Source of the DNA: Octopus vulgaris
Taxonomy: Eukaryota
Length of the DNA stretch: 64,000 nt
Direction: 5' to 3'
Assembly (NCBI GenBank): GCA_951406725.2
Contig: OX597831.1
Span: forward strand, 27,156,001 to 27,220,000
Part shown: piece by piece, positions 54,374 through 64,000 of the stretch
Numbering within the stretch: the first letter of the stretch is position 1
How the letters are laid out: each line of letters opens with the position of its first letter
Made by a program: the position numbers and the translations under genes
The notes under the pieces: model-generated
The model's input: only the letters and a program-made list of their open reading frames with translations
What the model was told of the DNA's origin: nothing
Database searches by the model: none

Positions 54374-56238
54374 CTCTAGACATTGTCTGAAAGGGTTACA
54401 ATCTATTTAGCCATCATTACTTTACTATATGCTTGGAGTCAGGGGCGGGGAGATGTGAAATAGGGGGTCGAATGTGGAGTGAGGTTAAGTAATGCTAAGT
54501 GGTTAAGCGGGTCCGCTAATAACCTGTTAAATAGGGATTAGCGATATTTAAAGGATAAATAGGGTTTAGCGATATTTTGAGAATACGAATTGGCCTTTAT
54601 GCAAACAAAAGTATTTTTCTCGTTTCGTGTAGATGTGATTTGGCCATTAAGATAAAGATTTTTTTTATTTACACAAAGATTACAACGATTATTGTTATGT
54701 TATATGAGGAAGTTTTGGCTAGGATACGCCATTCTAAACTATAGTTAATATTATTGTCTTTCAATTCCCAGAGTTCGCTTTCCTTGTGTTTCTGAGTCTA
54801 GAGCGATGGGAGTTATACCTAAGTATCATTTCATTTTTAGTTGCTCCAATATAAGATTTCTGGTAATTATTTGCGAGTACATCGCATTGGTAGATTACGT
54901 TTTTAGTTTTACATATATTCTAGAATTCACAATTGTTTTTATCTCTGCAGCCACATAAATTATTAAGCTTGTCTGTGCCTATGTTATGTTGAGCGGGGTT
55001 ATAATTTATAAGGTAGTTGTCCGCGTTATTTGAGGGCGAGTTATTTGTTTGCATAAAGGCCAATTCATATTCTCAAAATATCGCTAAACCCTATCTATAG
55101 CTAGACTACCGACTCATTTCACATGCTATAATTTCCCTATCGATCTTAATGTTTTTCTATGTACTCTTCAACCCTTTCTATTATTCCTTGACTCAGCCCA
55201 TTGTACACGCTTTATCGTTCAAACTTTAAATAACAACCTTAGTCCTATATTACGGCTTCCATTGAAATTACAGGAACTAAATTAGAAGCTGCAAATTAGC
55301 GTTAATTATGTTCAGTAACAACGCCGGATATCCCCACTAGATATAACTCCTTCGGCATACACCGCCCGTCAACTAGTCACTGTCCTCATTACCAACATTA
55401 GCACCGAATGTAGGAACGTTGAAATATAAAAGCCACTAAATCTAAGACTATGGATTTAACGAATTCTCTTCTCGTTTATCCTCCTACTGACACGTGGAAT
55501 TATGTAAGTCACTAAAACGTAAGATTATTACTTTAACGAACACTTCATTTTTTTCTTCTGTTTTATCTTTGCCATATAATCGTTCTGAAGATGTTTATCA
55601 ATTGTAACAAGGTAAATGCAAATTTACCCTATTTTGATAAATAGAAGCAGCTGTAAACATACTCCTATTTTGATTAAATAATGACTTTAAAACACCAATG
55701 ATCCACTTCTCATTGTTAATTATTGCCCCATTTCTTATCGTCTCTCTATATATTAAACCATGGTTTTACCTTTAAATTACCTACTACTGTATTCCTTATA
55801 ACGAGGACCATACATACTGAGGTAATACACCAGGAGTGCCCACGGCTATATCTATCCCTTAGAGGGTTGCATTACCACTAACTTATATCTTACACAATAT
55901 ATATATATATATCACCGTGATCACAGTGACCGACCAGGCTATCAGATGTTGCTACACATCGCTGGTCACAATGCGCTTCACATTGTTTTAGCCTTCAAAT
56001 GACGCCACCCCGCTGGCTAAGCGAGCATGCCAATATATATATATATATATATAGTTGAAATTTACAGAAAAACATAAGACGAAGACAGGTGTATAAATAA
56101 CAAACAGGTGTATTAGTTTGACGCTCGTGAAGGTGAGAATGTCTTTTACATTTCGAGCCTACGCTCTTCAACAGAATGGAACAGAGAGAGAATTAAAAAA
56201 ACAAAGAGAGAATAAAAAACTTTTTGGGTTAGCGGCCA

Positions 56239-56286
<48 letters not shown>

Positions 56287-56460
56287 ATGCACACACACAC
56301 ATACATACACACGCACACACACACACACACACACACATATATGTATGTATGTATGTATGTATTTTTTTATATTTATATATCTATATATATATCTCCTCTT
56401 TCTCTCCTTCTCCCCTCTTTCTCTCTCTATCTATTATATATGTATGTGCGCATTTGCGTG

Positions 56461-56507
<47 letters not shown>

Positions 56508-58186
56508 GCACACACACACACACACACATATATATATACAGAGAGAGAGAGAGAGAGAGAGAAGGGCGTTACATTTGAAGACAAGTGTATTCTGATGATT
56601 AGACGCTATTTCCGTTTACTCAATTGAACAACTTACAATTCAAGCCATAAATATATATGTGTGTGTGTGTGTGTGTAAGAGTGTATATGTATATTATATA
56701 TACACAAGTACATACAGATATACCAGTGAATAGATTAGAAAAGTAGGTTGAGAGATTTTTGTTGTTTCTTTTTCTTTTTAAACAATGGGAATTTAAACGG
56801 GAAATACTTTTAATTAACGTATGTAATTATTCAGTATTAATAACAACACAAAACATTTACATTAATTGATTTAAGAATAATTACAGCATTTACTTTTTTT
56901 TAATCAACAAATTAGCTTATATACCATATTTTCTGACATACAAGTCGACGTAGCATATGGTATAAACATGTAGTATAAAGATTCAGACACCGTTACTGTC
57001 TTTCAAAATCTTGCTGCATTTTACATGGAACTTTTGGTACTCCAGAAATGTCTTGGTGTATGCCGGACAAAATGCTTGGAGGCCTTCCATCCGTCTTACA
57101 TTTTGACTTCAAATTCTGTCAAAGTTGACTTTGCCTTCCATCCTTTCGAGCACTGGGGGTCAATATAATCGACTTGCCCTTCTAGAATTCTTGTCCCTGT
57201 GCCAAAATTTGAAACTAATATTCAAGTGGGCCAAATTCCATAAGATTTCTACTGAATTTAAAACCAGTCGACCTACCTTTTTATAACAATGAATTTTGGT
57301 CTGAAAAATTCGGCTTGTATGCCAGAAAAACCGAGTCACATGGCATCAGTTCCTGGTAAGGTATTCGGAATTTATCGTAGCAGAATCGCATCTACAAAGA
57401 ATAGGATTTTTAAGTTTGATTACCAAATTATCTGGAATTCCTTACCATCTTTTCACTAAATAATCTTACAATTCACTACTCTTCTCGGATTTCTTATATC
57501 CAATATTCGACCAAGATGGCGAGCTGGCAGAGTTGTTAGTATGCCGGACAAAATGCTTGTCCGGCATTCCATCCGTCATACATTTTGAGTTCAAATTCTG
57601 TCGAAGTCGACTTTGCCTTTCATCTTTTCGATAAAGCAAGTACCAGTTGAGCATTAGGTGTCAATATAATCGACTTACCCTTCTAGAATTCTTGGCCCTG
57701 TGCCAAAATTTGAAACCAATATTCAAGTGGGCCAAATTCCATAAGATTTCTACTGAATTCAAAACCAGGGATTAGATTAGCAGCTACAGTTACTCGTATT
57801 TTCGTGATTTTGAGAATTCTTTGATTATTTCTGTGGCAATCTTCGTGTTGCTATCACGCCGAAAAGTCCACGTCCGACCCAAATAACCCTTGGGTTATGA
57901 AAGCAGAGTATTCTTCAAGATCTCTAGATTGGCTGTACTGTTCATAGTATTTTTGATCCGATGTACGGGCCCGGCCCCTATTCAAGACATCAAGATTGTT
58001 ACCGTCATCAGGAGGCCTAACCGCCGAATCCATGAAATTTGGATGTAAAGAAGTAGCAGATCCTTTGCTGAGGGTGAGCCAGAGTTGTTTTCAGGTGTTA
58101 AGGAAGAGTGAGGAGTGATGGATTTTGCGTTGTTATTTATAACTGAATACGGAATTATTTTGTTAATGAATTTTTTTTATCTAGAT

Positions 58187-58720
58187 CAGTGATTCTCAAC
58201 AGGATCCATATGACTCCTGGAGGTCCGTATAAGACTTCTGGGGGCCCACACAAGCAAGATACTAAATTGGGGAACCTCAGTAGTATTTTAAAAATAATAA
58301 ATAAATGCGCCGTTTTAAAGCCTAGTCAGGCTCATGGGTCCGGTTTCCCGGTTTCCATGGCTTATGTATCCCCAAGCTGGATGGGATGCCAGTCCATCGC
58401 AGCATTACTCATTTTTGCCAGCTGAGTGGACTGGCGCAACGTGAAATGAAGTGTTTTGCTCAAGAACACAACGCGTCGCCCGGTCCAGGAATTGAAACCA
58501 TAATCTTACGATCATGATGCTGACAGTATTTTAAAAATCCATGAAAAAATCTTACTTTAGAAGTATTTATTGCAGGAAACAGCTAGGTTTCCTTATCTAA
58601 TGTTTTGCATAATTCAACTTACACAAGATATTGCGTGAAAAACAAAAGGGGCAGCTATAAAACTAAGTTTTAAACATTGAATGGCTATGGGAGTCCGCCA
58701 GAAAAGAATGATAATCAAAG
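58187..58720. mobile_element. Truncated second copy of the hAT MITE with nested SINE-D/tail X (58305-58525, -)
   Basis: Starts tctagat|cagtgattctcaac..tccatatg, similar to 53057. Confidence 0.65.
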
Positions 58721-58774
58721 GAACTTCATGTTCCTGAATCTATTGAAGTGAAGCGAGATTCCGTAAGGCGAAAT

Positions 58775-58995
58775 CTATTTCTTATTTCTTTACTGCTCAC
58801 AAAGGGCTACACACAGAGGGGACAAACAAAGACAGACAAACAGATTAAGTCGATTATATCGACCCCAGTGCGTAACTGGTACTTATTTAATCGACCCCGA
58901 AAGGATGAAAGGCAAAGTCGACCTCGACGGAATTTGAACTCAGAATGTAAAGACAGACGAAATACCTATTTCTTTACTACCTACAAAGGGCTAAA
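58775..58995 (-). mobile_element. SINE-B
   Basis: Consensus match. Confidence 0.85.
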
Positions 58996-59796
58996 TGACT
59001 GAAACAAGTAAAAGAGTATCTTTGATGATAAACTCTTTTCTTAGTGATTGCCTCCCATCACAACAGATATTGTGATGATATAAACGAATACTTACAAATA
59101 GGTGAGATTATTGTCAAGCCAAACTGTCAGATCGTCGGCGGGCGTATCGTCTGCTTCAGTGGTTATCAAACTTTTTTGGACTGTAGCTCCCTTGGTACCC
59201 AAGCAAGTTTCCTAGCACCCTCCCCACATTCACCACCACAAACACGGATCATTTTCTGTTGCAAATTCAAGACAACTGTAATTCACAAATAAAATTTAAC
59301 ATAATGAACTCATTATTATGTGTTTTTAAAAAATTTTTTTTTTTACATCCATCGCCGCCTTTTGGCCACCCCATTACCACCCCAGTTTTCCTCAACGTCT
59401 CCAACTCCCAGAAGGGCAGTACTGCACAATCTGGGAATTATCGATCAACATTATCATGTTGATTCAGTTCTACATTCATATCTACATGTATGTATACAAA
59501 TATATACGTCCACAGTCATAACACACAGACACACACACATCTATATCCATACCTACGTTCATGTATACAAATATATACACCTACAGACACTTGTCTATGT
59601 TCGTACTTGCATGTATGTTTATCAGTATGTACACTAACAGATATCTCTATTTATATATATATATCTAGATTCATTTCAACATAAAAGTCTGCAAATATAT
59701 GGAACCCACAGATACATACAGATTCATACCAACAGATATGTCTACAAATATATAGACCCACATAAATATATATCTACGTTCATGTCTATATGCATA

Positions 59797-60319
59797 CCGT
59801 AAATCCTCGAGTATGGTCCACCCTTGAGTATAATACGCAGGGAGCTTTTAGGGGGCTGTACTTCTGAAAAACCTAAACCTTGTGTATAATACGCACCCAT
59901 TCTTTAACTTGAGTCGTGCCTAATTAAACCAGCAGCACCTAGTCAAACAAACACTTCCGCGCATGCGTAATACAATAATGGTGATGTTCTTAACTGTTAT
60001 ATGGGAATGTAAATATGTTTGCAAATTGTTTTTGTTATATGTTATTCTGTGTTCTGAATACTTTTATTTTAATAAATGTTGCTTATTGCAAGTTATGGAT
60101 GATTCTTTTATGACTTCATTGCTTTCAGGCTTAGCTTAAGGTATTTTCGCGCCCGACATCACAAAATGCGTCTAAATAAGCATTGCCGGACAGCAAATAG
60201 AGACTCGGACATTGCCTAGAAAATATTTTTCATTTTTAACCTCGTATATAATACGCATTAGGGATTTTGACCATTAAATTTTTTTGGGGAAAATGCAGAT
60301 TATGCTCGAGGATTTACGG
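59797..60319. mobile_element. Non-autonomous Tc2/pogo-like DNA transposon, copy 2 (inverted relative to 12889)
   Basis: TIRs ccgtaaatcctcgagtat / atgctcgaggatttacgg; TA TSD. Confidence 0.85.
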
Positions 60320-60821
60320 TATATACATGAGGGCATGAATGTACCACTTTCTGGTACTTTTTGCGGCTTATTACTTTCTGAAGTCAAATACCGCCGAGAC
60401 AAAAGTTACACTTGATCCTTTCGACGTCGATAAAATAGAATAAGTCCAATCTAGGAGTTGTTCCTAAATTAGAAAATAAAATTTTTGTTTTAGAAAAAGA
60501 CACCAAATCAGAAAATTGATTTTTAAAAATGTTCTGAATTGATATATTAAGCTGCTAAATTAAGTGGTGTTCATTTTTGTGGCTTAATTAATTCTGTCAA
60601 TAATTAATACCGTCAATAATTTCTTTGTTTAAATTTATATTATTTTAAATTACTTTAGTCATATTTAATTTGAATTATGATTGAACGAATAATGAAAAGA
60701 AATAATAGATGTTCAATCACCAATATATTCCTGACTGTTCAATATTTCGTACCACCGTGTGTGCGCGCACATACACGGAAATACACGAACACACATACGG
60801 AAATACACGAACACACAAACA

Positions 60822-61135
60822 CGTCGGTTACGACGACGAGTGTTCCAGTTAATCCGATCAACGGAACAGCCTGCTCGTGAAATTACCGTGCAAGTGGCTG
60901 AGTATTCCACAGCCACGCGTACCCTTAATGTAGTTCTCAGGGAGATTCAGCGTGACACAGGGCGTAACAAGACTGGCTCTTTGAAATACAGGTACGACTC
61001 ATATATTTGCCAGCTGAGTGGGCTGGAACGACGTGAAATAAAGTGACCTGTTCAAGTGCATAACGCGCCACTGCGAATCGAACACACGACCTTACGACCC
61101 TGAGCCGAATACCCTAACCGCTAAGCCACTTGTAT
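60822..61135 (-). mobile_element. SINE-D (tail Z)
   Basis: Reverse complement of 40123-40442. Confidence 0.82.
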
Positions 61136-61178
61136 TCACAAGAATACATTACAGTACTGTTTATATAATACTATTCTA

Positions 61179-61489
61179 TATCACGTGATCACGTGACCGA
61201 CCAGGCTATCAGATGTTGTTACACATCGCTAGTCACAATGCGCTTCGCATTGTTTTAGCCTTCAAATGTCGCCACACCCGCTGGCTAAGCGAGCAGGCCT
61301 ATAGAAGAATGAGTGGGAGAAAGTTGTGGCGAAAGAGTACAGTAGGGATCGCCACCACCTCCTGCCGGAGCCTCGTGGAGTTTTAGGTGTTTTCGCTCAA
61401 TAAGCACTCACAACTCCCGGTCTGGGAATCGAAACCGCTATCCTACGACCGCGAGTCCACCGCCCTAACCATTGGGCCATTGCACCTCC
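61179..61489 (-). mobile_element. SINE-C, full length
   Basis: Consensus match. Confidence 0.88.
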
Positions 61490-61609
61490 ACACTGTTCTA
61501 TATAACATATAAATACATACATATTCTTGCGTGTGTGTGTGTGCGTGATGTATGTATATGTATGTGTGTGTGTGTGTACATATTAATTTGCACATCGAAT
61601 TTATCTTGG

Positions 61610-62350
61610 CTGCGTTGTTCCAAACGCCGTAAGCTACTGTTAGCATAATAGGAAATCATCTCGGGCACACGTTAAATACTATAAAAGTACAGGTTATATC
61701 GACAGATATAAACGCTCAGCGATGTGGCTAAAAAGTTGCATAGCTGAACGCGCGAGAATTCTAAAGGACTCACTCGAACCAAGGAACATCCTTAACTCCA
61801 GAACGGAGATTTTCGGCCTATGTTTACACTTCAGGAGGTTCCTGCTAGCCTTTTGGAGTCTACAAGATGGCGGTACAGCCGGAAGTCGATAGCTAACAGC
61901 AAAGGAGATAACCCCAATTGTTACCTTTGAGTAGTGAGGTATGGCGAGCTGGCAGAAACGTTAGCACGCTGGGTGAAATGCTTAGCGGTATTTCGTCTGC
62001 CGTTACGTTCTGAGTTCAAATTCCGCCGAGGTCGACTTTGCCTTTCATCCTTTCGGGGTCGATTAAATAAGTACCAGTTACGCACTGAAGTCGATATAAT
62101 CGACTTAATCCGTTTGTCTGTCCTTGTTTGTCCCCTCTGTGTGTAGCCCATAGTGGGCAGTAAAGAAATAGGTATATCCTCCTTCATATTTTAAGAGGGC
62201 TTGCGCCATCACGTTATTGGTATCTGACGATACGCCATAGAGCTAAACTTTTTATGCACAGAAAACCTATGGTAATCCCATAAACCGGCCTTCCCCATTA
62301 ACATATTCTGCTCTACATCTTAAAGTGAGCTTCTTCTTTCGGATTTATGT
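61610..62350 (+). mobile_element. Penelope-like element relic (GIY-YIG C-terminus plus 3' region) interrupted by SINE-B (61943-62170)
   Basis: CIAERARILKDSLEPRNILNSRTEIFGLCLHFRRFLL fits the PLE C..E...I...LN.R.E....C.H...LL motif; the SINE is flanked by aggtat. Confidence 0.7.
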
Positions 62351-62767
62351 TTTTTTACAAACTATATATATATATATATATACCGGAGTAAACACATAAA
62401 TGTGAAACAAGGTGGAAAAAAGAGTACACATATGCTTTATTTAAAAACAGCAGAAATGTAACAAAAGCTGTTCTTCGGAGTTTCAGTAACAGCTTTTGTT
62501 CAATTTCTGCTGCTTTTAAATAAAGTATATATATATATATTCGCGATGATAGATCGCTAGCCACTACACATTCTTTATTTTCTCTCCTTGTTTCTTTCTG
62601 TGTTCCTTTCTGTGGAAGAGCGTAGGATCGAAACGTTAAAGACTTTTTCACTTTCCGAGCATTATACTAATACATATGTTTGTTGTCTACACCACCTGTC
62701 TTCGTCTTTCGTAGTTTTTTTTTTGTGAATTCTCCCTATATATATATATATGCATATATATATACAC

Positions 62768-63012
62768 ACGTAGGATTGCGGTTTCGATTCCCAGACCGGG
62801 CGTTGTGTGTTTATTGAGCGAAAACACCTAAAAGCTCCACGAGTCTCCGGTGGTGATCCCTGCTGTACTCTTTCACCACTCTTTCTTCTGTTGGCCTGCT
62901 CGCTTAGCCAGCGGGGTGGCGTTATTCGAAGGCTAAAACAATGCGAACGCATTGTGACCAGCGATGTGTAACAACATCTGATAGCCTGGTCAGTCACGGT
63001 GATCACGGTGAT
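62768..63012 (+). mobile_element. SINE-C (5'-truncated)
   Basis: Consensus match. Confidence 0.85.
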
Positions 63013-63256
63013 ATACACATACATATATACACGTGCGCCCTCATAAACGTGTCTGTGGTGCTGTATCTGTGCTTATTTTTACGTGTCAAAACAAACCTGG
63101 TGTTGTTGCCTGTGGCTCGTAATTTAACGGTTCGTTGAATATTTATCGATTAAAAAAGTAGCACGCCGATGGAAATACTGGCCTCGAAGAAAAGTAAATA
63201 AGTAAATTAACATTGGCGCGATCAAACGTCTGAAACCAATAAACAACAACAACAAC

Positions 63257-63287
<31 letters not shown>

Positions 63288-63392
63288 GTAAATATATGTG
63301 TGCGTGTGTGTATGGGTGTATGCACACATACATTTACACATACATACGTACATACATACATGCATACACACACACACACACACACATATATA

Positions 63393-63990
63393 GGCACAGG
63401 CACGTCTGGTAAGATACTTACTTCCCATTCACATGGTTCCGGGTTCAAGCCCACTGCGTGGCACCTTGGGCAAGTTATCTTCTGCTATAGCTTCGGGCCG
63501 AGCAAAGCCTTGTGAGTGGATTTGGTAAACGGAAATTGAAAGAAGACCGTCATACATACATGTGTGTGTGTGGGTGTTGTGTATTTGTGTGTTTGCGTCT
63601 GAGTTTATTCTGCACCACCACCATCGCTTAACAACCGATGGTGGTGTGTTTACGTCCCCGTAACTTAACGGTTCGGCCGCAGTCAAATGGCTGAATCAAA
63701 TGAAAGAATAAAATAATATACTATATCTTTTTTTTTTGTTTCAGTCACTGAACTGCGGCCTTGCTGGAGCATCATTTTGAAGGGTTTAGTCAGACGAATA
63801 GACGCCCCCACCATACATATTTTTTCAAAGCCCAGTACTTATGCTGTCGGTGTCATATGCTGAACCGTTAGGTTAAAGGGACGCAAACAAACTGATACCG
63901 ATTGTGAATTGGTTTGCGGAACAAACACAAACAGAAAGACTCACACATAGATATCTGCCTACATATATACGATGCGCTTCTTTCAATTGC
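63393..63990. mobile_element. Two older SINE-A copies, tail-to-tail (+ 63393-63712; - 63726-63990)
   Basis: Consensus matches. Confidence 0.75.
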
Positions 63991-64000
63991 GGTCCATTGA

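Noticed and set aside
57854-58033. 59-aa minus-strand ORF MDSAVRPPDDG...
   Set aside because: Short and unassignable; may be a LINE ORF1 5' relic, but I cannot support a call

Overview
This is a repeat-saturated, AT-rich eukaryotic window that looks intronic or intergenic. The SINE families and microsatellite density suggest an octopus (coleoid cephalopod) genome; this is inferred from recalled repeat families and was not verified. No complete protein-coding gene can be supported, and almost all ORF-track entries are microsatellite or SINE read-throughs. Supported content: (1) about 40 copies or fragments of four tRNA-derived SINE types (labelled A-D here) with swapped tail modules; (2) one full-length but inactivated mariner (3220-4510), two more decayed mariners, and a pair of internally deleted mariners; (3) Tigger/Tc2-like and hAT-like MITEs and a Helitron-like element; (4) relics of RTE, HERO-like (RLE) and Penelope-like retroelements; (5) several local duplications. 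Most notable are at least eight short, near-perfect fold-back inverted repeats, many next to (TA)n tracts; closely spaced inverted SINE pairs; and a 175-bp inverted templated insertion. If transcribed, these would make the region rich in dsRNA (possible ADAR or small-RNA substrates). A few small unique islands carry candidate exons, promoter/enhancer motifs and a pre-miRNA-like hairpin; these are hypotheses only.
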